64,000 nucleotides of DNA from Nymphaea colorata (taxonomy: Eukaryota): assembly GCF_008831285.2 (NCBI RefSeq), contig NC_045138.2, forward strand, positions 19,468,001-19,532,000, in the 5' to 3' direction. The notes beneath the pieces are model-generated. The model was not told the DNA's origin, ran no database searches, and was given only the letters and a program-made list of their open reading frames with translations. Position 1 is the stretch's first letter. Every line of letters begins with the position of its first letter. Below are positions 13,055 through 25,433 of the stretch, in pieces. The translations under genes and the position numbers were made by a program.

Positions 13055-14569
13055 AAGTCTAAGGGCTATGACTGTTGGAAGCTTATGCAAGTGGGAAGTT
13101 AAAACTGGGCCCTGCATTTTAATGTCCACATTGATGATCAGCTGGGTTTTGACTGGTTCAACGCCATGTTTTCCAACTTACGAATGAAGAAAAGACCTTC
13201 ATATCGGAATCTGATTTTCCAATTTGCGAATCAAATCTGATCCAAACCGACTTTTACTTTTACCTACTCGCATTGCTACCATCCTAATTTTGGTGTTGCT
13301 TGAGGTTCTGAATTCTTTCAGTCTCTCAAGATTGTGAAAAAGGGTGGTGCTGCTATGTATTTTTTACACATGTAAATCCATTCTTTCACTGTAAAACTCT
13401 TGCTTTATCCATTTCAATGTGTCACTTATCCTTGCATGTCTCTTATTCGGTTCAAAAGCTTTCGTTAAAGAACATAAGAACAAAAATAAATGTGGTCAAC
13501 TTGTGCATTTTGCCTTATATCCTCATCGGCAGTCCTCACACATTCTCAGGAATTAGGTTCAGACCTTTAGATTTGTTTCGTCAAACTCTGGCCTCTCCGG
13601 CTATCCTTTGTTCCTACGAAGCACAAGGTAACCTGTCCCTGAGCGGGATCTACTTCTCCCTCTTGAAGCCCTCCATGGATTGGTTCCTCCTTCCAAAGAT
13701 GGATGCTCATCTGGCGCTCATGGCTTCTCATTCTGTGGTGGGTGGCTATGGGACACTTGCAACAACTATGGTAGCAATGCGAGTACGTAAAAGTAAAAGC
13801 AAAATTAGGGCCGTGACATCACGTCAAATACGTCACCTGGAAGAAGATAAGCACCAGACGTTTGGTTTTCTCTCTTCCACAGAAAAAAAGGAAAAAGACA
13901 ATGCATATTTTAAATGATTTAGAGAAAGAGAGGGAGAGTAGGGAGAGGGGGAAGATGCTGGGGCCATTAAATAGAAGCAGCTCGCTAGATATATATGCAA
14001 CTGCCGCCAGCAGCCTTTTCTCCGTATCTGTTGATCTTCTTTCCCTTGGAAACCACCATGTCTGCCACTCTTCAATCTCCACCGTCGATCGAGCTCAGTA
14101 TGTCTTCCCGTTCATCTTCTGCGTTTTTCTTCCCTTCTGATTGCTAGATTTTGTGTTACTGTTGCATGCTTTCTCTTGAGGTCTGCTAGAGAGAGCTAGA
14201 GCGAGAGACTGCTTGGTTCTGATCTCATGAGGAGAGCTCGGGCTACTTGTGACAAATTTAGAGCCCATGGATGACCACAGTGTTACTCAAGGCAGAAAGA
14301 TTAGGATAGCCCGTGGTTGTGTCCGAGTGAGAGAGAGGGAGGGATAGAGTTTCTTGCGGTTGTAGAGAAAACCCCAACTAGCTTAGAACCAGTAGAACCC
14401 TGAGGATCGATGGTGCAGTATTTGAGCCTCTAAACCAGTTCAAGCTATCCCAAGTTGGTCCTTGTGTGACCACAATGTGTTCAATTTAGCAAGAGAGAAA
14501 GAGGTTTTCTGAATTGTTTTTTGTGTTCCTAAAAATAATCGACGCCTTTCTTCTCTTTTTCTCAGGTTG

Positions 14570-15233
14570 ATGATTTGGAAGATCCTCATGAAGAAAGAAG
14601 ATACGGTAGAGCAGACCATGAATCACAAACATGCCGTTCCAGATGATGGGCACGCATGGAAAAAGTATGGGCAGAAATTCATAAAAGCAGTAGCCATGAA
14701 CAGGTAACTAAGTTTTTCAGCAAAAAGGAAGACAAGTTTGAAGTTTGAACCAGATGTATAAGAATGCCATCAAAAAGTGAGATAATTGGGGCCTTGTGTG
14801 CAATGACTGGCAGTTTTCTGTAACTGACAAACTGCTTGCCTTCTTTAATTCCTTCTTCAATTAGGTCTTCACTTTTAAAACCTTGGGTTTCTGTTGGATA
14901 CCCAGCTTTCTGAGCTCTTGATTCTTGGAAGCCACAGTGACAAGAAGCTGCCAAATGAATAGCACCCAAGTTTTAAATGACTTTCCGTAATGTGGCAGGA
15001 GCTACTTCAGGTGCCAGAAGGCCAACTGTAAGGCCAAGAAGAGAGCAGACTGGAGTACTTCTCAATCATCTGTCGAAGTTCTTTATGATGGAGAACACAA
15101 CCATCCACCTCCAAATTCTTCAGCTGCCGCTGATGATTCTATCTCTGGCAATCCATCAGCTAGTAGAGTGAACCAGTACAACTTGCTAAACCAAGTCTTT
15201 GGAAACGGTTCTCCCTCTGATCCCCAGGCTTAG
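14570..15233 (+). CDS. Small single-domain WRKY transcription factor with variant WKKYGQK heptapeptide and C-X4-C-X22-H-X-H zinc finger
   Basis: Exon 14566-14703 reads ..HAVPDDGHAWKKYGQKFIKAVAMNR. A phase-2 GT-AG intron (14704-14998) falls in the Arg codon five residues before the first Cys, the R-type WRKY intron. Exon 14999-15233 reads SYFRCQKANCKAKKRADWSTSQSSVEVLYDGEHNH..NQYNLLNQVFGNGSPSDPQA*. The product is 122 aa from the ATG at 14570; the true N-terminus is uncertain. Confidence 0.85.
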
Positions 15234-15663
15234 GTTCATCAGCAAGATGCGCATATGGTTATCCTTCTGATATTTTTTGCCATATAAACATGTAGCTGTT
15301 AGTAGTACTTCATAAGAAGACTCCAGAAGGAGAGATATATTACCAGATGTTAGGTTCATAAAGTTAACAACTGGTCTTTCTTTATTTTCGTGAAAAAATT
15401 CAAAATTCCTTTCTCCTCTGTAGCGAAGACACTACGTCCATGTTGTAATTCTATTCTATTGTTCGCAAATAATAGACCATATATCACGGTTTTGCTTTTT
15501 GATATATCAAAGAAGGAAAATGCAGGAAAAGAAGTCGGTTTCATCATTAATCTAGAAAAAGCAAGTCAAAGGAAAGTTAAAGAGTGTGTCTGCAGGTCTC
15601 AAATCCAAGGTGATTTGAGGAAGTTGAAGTTTCATTCTTATTTAGCAAAGGAATAGGAATTAT

Positions 15664-15750
<87 letters not shown>

Positions 15751-16130
15751 TCTTTATAGTTAGTTAATTAAGTGATTTGAAAAATTAATATGGTTGAACA
15801 AACAGTGAGCGGCTAACTACCAGTCTCTCTCACTACTAGATAAAATAAACACCAACACCGCAGCCTTGACCGAGGAGGACAAGATAACCGGCAGCTTTAA
15901 TAACTCAGATGGGCCCCCAAGAAGCGTGGGACCCAATTCGACAGAGAGGGGTCCCCTGGTCAAAGATGACAATAAATTTTTTTCTGCAATTTAATTTATT
16001 CATTTTTGTTATTTTATTAATTATTTAAATTGATTTAAAAGTATTATATATATATATAGTGCCCAATATTGTCACCCGATTTGCTGTATCGGTGTATATA
16101 CAGCACCGATACCGATACAGTTTGGCAGAT

Positions 16131-16271
16131 CGGACCACCTTTTATTTACATTCCTACAAAAAGCGGTGCCGTCGTTCCGGACCACCTTTTATCTACATCC
16201 CTACAAAAAGCGGTGCCGTCGTTCCGGACCACCTTTTATCTACATCCCTACAAAAAGCAGTGCCGTCGTTC
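16131..16271 (+). repeat. Three tandem copies of a 47-bp unit
   Basis: CGGACCACCTTTTATYTACATYCCTACAAAAAGCRGTGCCGTCGTTC x3, head to tail with no spacers. Confidence 0.95.
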
Positions 16272-16704
16272 CAAGGGCATGTAGGTTTTCTCTTTCAAGT
16301 GTGTTGTTGCTCCGACATGCGATGTCCCTTTAGCTAGTAAGTGGCGGGAGCTAAAAAGATTTTTGTATAGAATCATAGTCACAGACATCGTTTTCGGGTT
16401 TTAAACGATGAAGTTTTGTTTGGATATAAAAGGACAAAGTTGTTTTCATAAAGAAAACAGAAAAAATTTGAACAATTTGCAAACAATTAATCTTTTGACA
16501 AGGAAAAGAAAGGTGGTCAAAACCTTAAAAATAAAATGCAGAGAATGTGAAAATAAAATCTGGCAACTAAAACTAAAAAAGGCATGAAAAACTGAAAAAA
16601 GAGATAAACGGGACACGTTTTTTTTAATAAAAAATGCGTTTTTTTTCGAGTTTTATTCTCCTGACTAGTTTGTACCATTTTAAAGATGCTTTTCCTGAAT
16701 AATA

Positions 16705-17290
16705 CACAGAAATCTCATTCCCAAAAAAAAAAAAAAACCGATGCTAATATTCTCACAGACTTCAGACCCATCTCTCTTTGTACAAGTTTATTGATAGAAT
16801 CATTCTTAGTAAATTCAAGCCTCTTATGGGTGGCATAGTTTATCAAATTGCACGGTTCATTGACTCAATTCATTAAAGATAGGACGATTCAAGATAATAT
16901 AATCCTTGCACATGAGATTTTCCACTCTTTAGATAGAAACCAAGCTGCCAGTATGTGTCTTAATCTTGATCCATCCAAAGCTTATGATAGATTAAACTTG
17001 TCTTTTCTTTATAATAATCTTGTCCATTTGGCATTCTCTTCTTCATGGATCCATATAGTTATGACATGTATTTTGTCTGCAGAAGCCAACTAACGGTAGA
17101 GTAGGTGAATACTTCCCTCTAATTAAAGGAAACTTAGTCAAAGAGATCCCTTGTCACCTACCCTTCTGTGCTTGCAATGGAGATTTTTACTATGCTATTG
17201 ATATAACAAGATCAAAGTTCCTAATGTGATGTTTGGCAACACATAGTTTACTATTTGGTGACGACATTCTTCATTTTGCTAAAGGTGAGA
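16705..17290 (+). mobile_element. L1 LINE reverse transcriptase fragment
   Basis: LIPKK..DFRPISLC, FIKDRTIQDNIILAHEIFH, LDPSKAYDRL, WIHIVMTCI, QRDPLSP and FGDDIL occur across frameshifted frames. Confidence 0.85.
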
Positions 17291-17653
17291 AAAAAAAAGT
17301 TTTATGGAGACTTGGTGTCAATAAAGGTTGTACTGACGTTTTATTACAAACGTCAGTAAAAGTGGTGTCGTTAATCTAGCATACCATGTCACAAGTCATT
17401 TAATATTGGACCAGCGTTTTTGCTATCCCTATATATCTACCCTAAAGAATGTTCAACATATGATGGCTGCATTCCTTTAGGATGATAGTGACTCTGACCA
17501 TGATATTCATTTAATGGCTTCGAGCAGTCTTCGTAGACCCATTGTTGAGAGGAGTGTTAACCTGAAGGACTTAAAAGAGATGAAGATAGTCTAGCATCTC
17601 AAGCATTGAGATTGAGGAGGAAGAACACAATCAGAAGTAACCATCTCTCTAAC

Positions 17654-18021
17654 TAAGGGTAACTTCTATCAGATATCCAACCAAACAGCTCCGAAAAAAT
17701 CAGGTTTGGAAAGAAATTTAATATATGATTAGGAAATCGAATCAGATTCGGATTTAAGAAATGCCATCTGTTCGGGTTCAAATTCCGATATACACAAATA
17801 CCTTATCAAATTCAAATTCAGATTCTAGTTGGGATTCAGTTTTAAATAAATACAACATATCCAATGCTTTTACACTTTGAAAATCAGCCAGATTCAGTTC
17901 AAAATTCAGATTCAGATTCAGGACTTCAGACTATCGTATTCGAATTTGAGTCTGTGAATATCCGCGAAACAAATATAGTTAAGAGTACGTCCGATTCGAA
18001 TCCGATCCGTTGACATCCCTA
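17654..18021. mobile_element. hAT-type MITE of the TAGGGATGTCAA family
   Basis: Right end CCGATCCGTTGACATCCCTA, with a body rich in ATTCAG/TTCGGAT subterminal repeats. Related copies lie at about 6036-6162, 28710-29140 and 48162-48670. Confidence 0.6.
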
Positions 18022-21019
18022 ACCTTAACAATTATCATAAGTTTCATAGTTTGTAGACGTGTAAGAGAAAATTCAAGGATTCTTTTTGTTCTGTAGAGAT
18101 GGCAGCGTATCTGTATAAAAACTTGTGTTGAAATATCAAGGATGGCAAAAATGCTAGGTTCTGGATTGAAACTCAGCCGCATGTTATTCTTCTTAAAGTG
18201 GCTCGTGGTTGCACCAAAGAATGGATGACAAACTGCATATATTGATACCAAAGCATATTAACATTTCAAAGTTGTGGGCATCGGAACAGAGAAGAATCTG
18301 CAGTTAAGAGATCATATTCGTAGCTTTTGACAGAACTTATTTATTTCTAATCATTATGAAGACAAGCATTTTAATTTACAAACAAAAGGCCGTGCCTCGT
18401 CAAACTCACATCCTTAGAGGAGCAGTCCTCTTCTTCGCTTCAGCAAAAGGATCATCATTGCAACTAAAATACTCAATCTAACTCCATCTGTCTGTGTGGG
18501 CAATCTCTTGTTCATACCTGTGTGTAGGATTTCTAAAATGAAACGATCCAGGCATCCTGAAGAGTTAATTCGGGATTAAAACTTTTGGCTTTACTGTCCG
18601 GTGGACTAAGGCTGGGCACCAGGCCGGGCTGCCACCATGTACCTGGTACCCGACCCGTCTCAGGCTCGGCCCCAGGAAAAAGGAACCCGGGCCGTCCTGA
18701 CTCGTTATCAATGGGAATTCCCTGTTTGTTTCTTCGGAAAAGGATTTTGTACATTGACGGTCACAAGCTTCTAGTCAGTTAACAAATTTTCATTTGGCCT
18801 TAAGGCAGTAATCTAAGTCTTGTGAAGCTGTCATATATAATTGGACTTAAGTCTACTTAGGTCTAACCTGTGAATTTAAGGTTTTAGATTGAGTTTCATG
18901 GGGCATACGCCGCACCCAGAACCCAACGTATCTCTGCTCTTGGTTGATGGTACATTTAACAATGGTTTATGGTGCTTTCAGTGGTCGACAGAAGCAGAGC
19001 CACATACTGGCTGCCCACACCAGCCATTCAATGTTTCTTTATTTTCGTAATTTGAAATATTTGTTCTGTAATATACATACTGCACCTAGATATAAAAATA
19101 TGTGAATGAGTGTCCATCCAAAAATTTTTTCTAACTACACCACTGATAATGAACTTTTTAATTTTTAGCTATCCGACAACATCCACCATCCAAAAAATTT
19201 AGATCCTTTTATTTATCTAAGTTTGAGAGGACCAGATTGTGGCCCCTACCAGCCCATGTTGGCTCTGCCTCTGCATGTATGCATGTAAGCTGTCGGCCTT
19301 CGGCTTGAGTTTGATTTGAGTACCACCTGAGCACTATACACCTGGATTTCTACATCTCTACCGTTCCTTCTCGAATAGCCTAGTGGGCGATTCACCAAGC
19401 TTTTCCCTAAATCCGATACTCCTTTTTGTAAAATTAATAACCAGAAATAATTCTGCAATCTTTTCGTCTTCTTGGCTCGAAACATTGAATAACTAAATTG
19501 TTTTAGATATCTCCACGATGGGAATTTCAATTATTTTTTTGTCCTTATTTGAGCCCCAGGATATTTGGGGTCACCGGGACCTGTTTGGTAAGTATTGTTG
19601 GGAACAATGGTAAGTGTATTCATTGTGTCGTTCATTGTCTCACATGTTAAAGGGGTATAGCATAGCTGGTCGAGCATGAAGAACACGTTGGGTGTACCTC
19701 TTGTTCGTTTTGATTCCCATAACCCTACTCTCCTAATGGCATTGGGAGCTGGGCTAAGGAGTTCTATTCAGTAGTTTTAGGACGGTACCAAACCCATGAT
19801 ACCCCCATTGTTTGATCATTTTGTTGGTCAATTTGGTCATATTTCCTAAGGTTTCTGAATGTAAACATGTTTGGATCCTTATATTTTACTTATTAAGGGG
19901 CAAGCTATCTTTGAGACTACAAGTAGATTTTTAGAGCTAATGTGATTCTAGAGGTTCACAAGTATCGGATCAGTTTTGAGGTCTATGTAACTCACTTTGG
20001 GACACCTGTCTAGCCAGCATAAAAATTGCCATGTGGAGACGTTCATATTGTTCCAAAGCTTAGTAATGTAATGATGTGATACTTCATGTTTGTGTATATC
20101 AATAAGATTTTAGACTTCCAAAATCTTAGAGATTTTGTATATTTGGATTTTATCCTTATAAAATTATATTTGCAAATCAAAATAAATTAATCTACAAACA
20201 AATTTCACATGTTTTGAGTCAAGCAGATTGAGCCCATATGGTTAAGAACCAAAAAAATAAAGAAAAGGTGTTTTGCAGATTGCAATTGCAGAAAATGGTG
20301 CGAGTGCATTGCGCCCGATAGGTCCATCGATTGAACTTTTTCTAGCCACTGGGTCAAGCTGGGCTCAGTCGGAAAATATATACTGTGTTTATAACATATG
20401 TTCTTATAATATATGATTTATAAACATTACGTTTTTGTTCTATCAAATGGGACGTGGTTATGGATATTATTCTTAGATCCCATAAAAATTCAACATAATA
20501 ATGCAGTGTTTCTTGGAATAAAAACATTGAATTTTCAAAACATGAAAATGTGTTCCTTGTAGAAATAACAAACATTGCATTTTTAAAACATGAACATGCA
20601 TTACAAGAACATAACATTCTTCTTACCAAACACTAAGACTTCTTAGTGGATGAGCAGATCACTTTGACCTAGTTGGATTCCTTCTTCCAGAGGGTGTTCC
20701 TTGGCTTTGACAAATGTTTAAATGTACCAGTAGAACACTCTGTCTTTGATAGTACAGTGCAAAAATTGTACTCGCAATCCATATTTTAGTCAACTTTTTA
20801 TCCTTTTTTTTTTTAATCCCAATACCATTTCTTCTGAAAATCTCAGTCTCACCTACTGAGGTAGGGTAGGAGCCAAAGGAAAAAAAAATGAAATTAGGTG
20901 ACAAGTTGTCCTAGATAAGGCATATTGGACAAAATGTCCTTTGACACCCCATTTCAGCATCTCAAACAACTGATTAGACTTTAACTTGGCAACCTATGGG
21001 TGTCTTGGGCTGTCTCATG

Positions 21020-21508
21020 CTAAGTCACACGGGCAGCACCGATGCGGGTGCGGGTGCAGCACAACACAACACTCAACTTGGTCAAACCGAATCGAGTGCT
21101 GCTGACCATGCCTGTTGTTCTTTTCTCTTGTTTTTTATTTTTATTTTTTTCCCTTTTCCTAGCTTTCATTCTTTTTTTTTTCATACCCGTTGTTCTTTCT
21201 CTTTTTTTTATTTTTTTTCTCTTTTCCTATCTTTCTTTCTTTTTTTTTCCTCCTCTCACCCTTTATCTTATTTAATAAAACTTTGAATTTGTATGAAACT
21301 AAGATAACATTGATAAAAAAAAGTTTAAAAATATAGACAAATAAAATTACTTATATAACAAATAACATATATATATAATATAATATATAATATATATATA
21401 TATATGTGTGTGTGTGTGTTCTCGCCACACCCGTATCTCATCTTTTTTGGAACTTGCCGCATCCTGCACTAGCACCGGAAACCCGCACCCTACACCCATG
21501 TGACATAG
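21020..21508. mobile_element. 489-bp hAT-type MITE with 8-bp TSD
   Basis: TIRs CTAAGTCACACGGG / CCCATGTGACATAG match at 12/14, and the TSD GTCTCATG lies at 21012-21019 and 21509-21516. GCGGGT/ACCCGC subterminal motifs are present. Confidence 0.85.
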
Positions 21509-22069
21509 GTCTCATGAGCTCCACCCATTTCACATGGCTAGGGTAAGTGGCTCGTAGATGGCCGGTTGTTCGTTTGAGTGACATGGGCATCAAGTGCAAG
21601 CCTATGCAGCCTAGGAAAAGGGGAGGAAGCCCTGGACCTTCATCAAAAGTTAACAAAAATAATGAATAAATAAAAAAAAGACTAGCATGTCACCAGATCC
21701 ACTCCCTCCGTATACTTCAAACACTGAGATAAAAAGAATTTCGTATTTCAATATTGACTTTCCAAACAAAGATATAAGCAAGGAATCAAACAATTTAGTT
21801 TGTATGCTGCAAACATAGACACTCATTCCTAACTCAATAAAGAACACCGCAGAACCTTGCACTCTGACCCATTCCCATGGTGTTGCCCTCTTCAAATGGT
21901 GCAGCCAATGTTCGTATGGCATTGTCTCTTTCAAGGAGCAGGTACCTTGGAGTTGTTGTAATCAGTAAAGAAGCAAAATAGAGCACTAATGGAGGATGTC
22001 AGGTTCTCCACTCTGAGGCCAACATTTCTATGTAAGTACCAACTTTGCATTAGATATCATTAGATCTTT

Positions 22070-25000
22070 CTAATGAGCAGCTAACATTGGCAGTTCATCA
22101 GATCTTTTAGAAGGATAATCTGGAATCTCCACTGTCACTTGCAGTGGCTCTAAGGAATCAACCACATCCCTCATCAATGGCCGCGCCTTTGGGTTCTGGT
22201 TCAGACAGTGGTAGGCCAGAATTGCTGCCTTATGCACACTCCTGACTGGGTAGTCCCCTCCTAATCTTGGGTCTATGATCCCCAGAAGACGCCTTCTCTC
22301 TCTCAAGAGCGGCCGGGCCCAATCAGCTAAACTCTGTTCTCTGCTAGGCCGGCTCTTGTCGACCGACCGTCGACCAGTGAGCAATTCCAGCAGAACAACA
22401 CCATAGCTATAAACATCACTTCCGGCAGTAAGATGACCTACTCAAGATGTGGCTTTGTCAGTTTTGGTTCTTAGTGCATGTTATTGTAGAAGTGAAACCA
22501 GGCAGCATCACCAAGGGAACTACAGAAAAAAAAAAACGAAGTAGATTCCAAGACTAAAACTACAAAGTATTTCGACAAAGAAACGTTTAACAAGATTGCC
22601 GATTGACATAAGCATGTCTGACTATCCTCTTACTGTAACATATAAAGAAGATGTGACATGGTATAGCATGTGCCTGGAAACAGAATTTATAACATAAAGC
22701 AGTTCATCTATGACAGAAGCAAAGCTAAAGTTCAAGTTTTAGACTTTTAGTCACCATCCGGTTTGAGACCAATTTCAAGCTTTTGAATTGAGGCCAAGAC
22801 TTGGGAGAGAAAATGGCAGGGTTGGGACTTGATCCTGGGTCTTCAACTTGACATCCTTCATATTCCTTTCCTGTTACCTACTCATCACTTGTGTCCAAAA
22901 CATCCGATGCAGAAGAAAACGCCAGAGTGACATTTTACTTCCAGTATTACAACTTGTTGAATTCCATGTTTATTTGAGTGTATTTTTATGTTTTTCTGTC
23001 ATTAAGGAGGCCATAGACAAACTATTTTATTGGAATTATATCAGAGAGAAGGACAGATGGCAGGAGATGCAGCCCGGATTTTATGGTAGCATCAAAAAAT
23101 GCAATCACACCCAGAAGAATATTGAACTTGTTGGAACTTAGGTTAGCAACCTCTATTGAGCTCATTTGTTCAGACCCAAAAATAGATTAGCTGTAGGTAG
23201 ATCAAAGCTACCATGATGTCTCAGCTACATTACAGAAGGTTTGCAGAACAATGAAACAATTTCACCAAACCTGTCATCAAAGTTAATGGCATATCCTAAG
23301 TCATGAAGCATAAAAAGAGGAAAAAGTGCCATTAAAGTTGATAACTAATGGTATAAGAATACCTGTCCTCACGTATTCGGGAGCAGCATAACCATAAGTG
23401 CCCATTACTCGAGTAGAAACATGCGATTTATCACCAACTGGTCCATCTTTCGCAAGTCCGAAGTCTGACAACTTTGCATTGTATTCCTGAAGCACCATCA
23501 CTTTTATGGATGTCATTACGGCTCACAGGAAACAACAGGAACCTCCTTGTTCAAAAGTTTTTATAAAAGAACACTAAAACAGAACGTGCAAAGCACTGAC
23601 CATGTCCAGCAAGATATTTGATGTCTTAAAATCGCGATATATAACTGGTTTTTCGGATTCATGGAGGAAGGCAAGACCTCTTGCGGCTCCCAAAGCGATC
23701 TTCATCCTGGCTGCCCAGGAAAGCGGAACCAAAAACCCTGCAGTAATGACAGAAGCGATCAGATTAGGTGTAAGAAATTCTACTTGCAGTAAATCCAGCA
23801 GTTTGTGTGTAGAAACGTTAGAAAGGAAATCGTCGGTGATCACAAGAGCTAGAAATGGTAGGTGAAGGTGTTATATGGTCATCATAACAAATATTCTGTA
23901 ATAGGAGTGCTCAGGAACATGTAATTATTCGTGGCTACATCAACAGAAGCTGGTATTTCTGTAGTTCTGAAGAAAAATAATCCCATCTACTTGGTCTGCT
24001 AAACTATCGCCACCATAAGGAATTAGAAGATAATCATGTTGGCTGGTGATCAGGTAACAATATGGATCGAGCAGAGACTATGTCCTGTAAAGGGAATTTC
24101 TCTTCCTAGTTTAAGTTCAGAATTTCAGCTTTTACAGAAAGAACATCCTAATTCTGCGCAACAAATTGAGATAAAAGAGCTAGACAAATGATGGCAATTA
24201 CTTGAAAATAAGATATTTTCGACACTTCCACGAGCCATGTACTCATAAATCAATACCCTGTGATCGTCCTCACAGCAGTAGCCAATAAGTTTCACCAAAT
24301 TTGGGTGTGAAAACTGCCCCAGAAATATGACCTCTGCCTGCAACTCAAAAGGAAATCTGCACTTCAATACACTTAGAGAGCATAGGCAGACTTGGAAGAT
24401 GAAAAAAATAGCATAAAAACGTACCAGCCATTCTCTATGGCCTTGAAAACTTTTCTCCCCATCATGAACCTTCACAGCAACATCCAGTGGCTCAAGCCCC
24501 TCCCTCATGCCTTTCGGGATAGATCCTCTGTACACACTCCCAAATCCTCCTTCACCCAAAACCCGATCTCGCTTAAAATTTGCAGTGATATTCTTCAGCT
24601 CAATGAATGTGAACACAATCAAAGGGTTAGCCGCTGAGTTTTTACGCAAATCTTCAACTTCTTTGGGATTGGTTGGGTATTTCTCGTCATCCTTCTCACC
24701 TGTCACCTGTGGTGAACTCTGTATTGTTGGAGATTCTGCAAACAGGAAGGTTCTTCAAGTTACTTGAGGCAGATGTGTATTATACAAAGAAAAAGGCAAT
24801 CATAAACCCTCATTTTCCCTCTGACACGGTATAATTTCAAAGCTCAAAACTTGCATCCACTACCAGGGTCAGATCTTAGTTCTTTCTTCTTTTCAAGAGC
24901 TATACATAACTGAATTTTGTTCAAAAACGAGCGACAACGCTGCTGCAACTTAATTAACCAAAGGAGAAAGCAAAGACTGGTTAAGGAGCTAGGTATGACG

Positions 25001-25433
25001 ATAGGACAGGCATGAGAAAAAGAGGTCTGGAGCTCACAAGGATTGCAGAAGAGGAAAAGAGGAAAGGTCACTAGAACAACTGAAACTTTCAACTTGTTTC
25101 ATTAAAAGGTATATTGGAAAAAAACCAACTAAGAGAAAGGAAAAGCCGGAAAATAAAAACTAAAAAACCGAATTCAAGCGGATTAGAACGAAAAGGGAGG
25201 AAAAAGATCCGAAGGAAAAAAAGGACCAGAAAGACTGAAATTCTAACTTGTCACAGTCCAACGCATATTAGACAAAACCAACTGCCAAAAACATCAGAAA
25301 AGAACAAAAAAATCAAAATCAAACTAAAACCAGAAAGAGAAAAAAGGAAGAACAAGAAGAATAGCTCACCTGATTTTGGCTTAGAAGGTGCACCCCAAAG
25401 ATAAGAATTCAACCCAGAAAAACAGTTTCCCAT
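22070..25433 (-). CDS. PBL16: Receptor-like cytoplasmic kinase, RLCK-VII / PBL16-like serine-threonine kinase (379 aa, 6 exons)
   Basis: Exons 25433-25370, 24735-24425, 24337-24202, 23737-23601, 23486-23363 and 22437-22070 all have GT-AG boundaries and total 1140 nt. The protein starts MGNC (myristoylation/palmitoylation-type) and contains [47 protein letters not shown] and [12 protein letters not shown]. The segments [17 protein letters not shown] and [15 protein letters not shown] are what I recall as typical of the PBL16 clade, so the symbol is by recalled similarity. Confidence 0.95.

Noticed and set aside
13417..13917. 166-aa ORF as a gene
   Set aside because: No recognisable domain. 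Another frame has KDGCSSGAHGFSFCGGWLWD, faintly like L1 RNase H, so it is more likely a decayed LINE scrap but too weak to call.
15831..15850. CACTA terminus (CACTACTAGA)
   Set aside because: No matching right TIR, TSD or transposase found.
16131..16271. CRISPR-like array
   Set aside because: The repeats are head-to-tail with no unique spacers, there are no cas genes, and the context is eukaryotic. The same applies to the 33704 and 43311 repeats.
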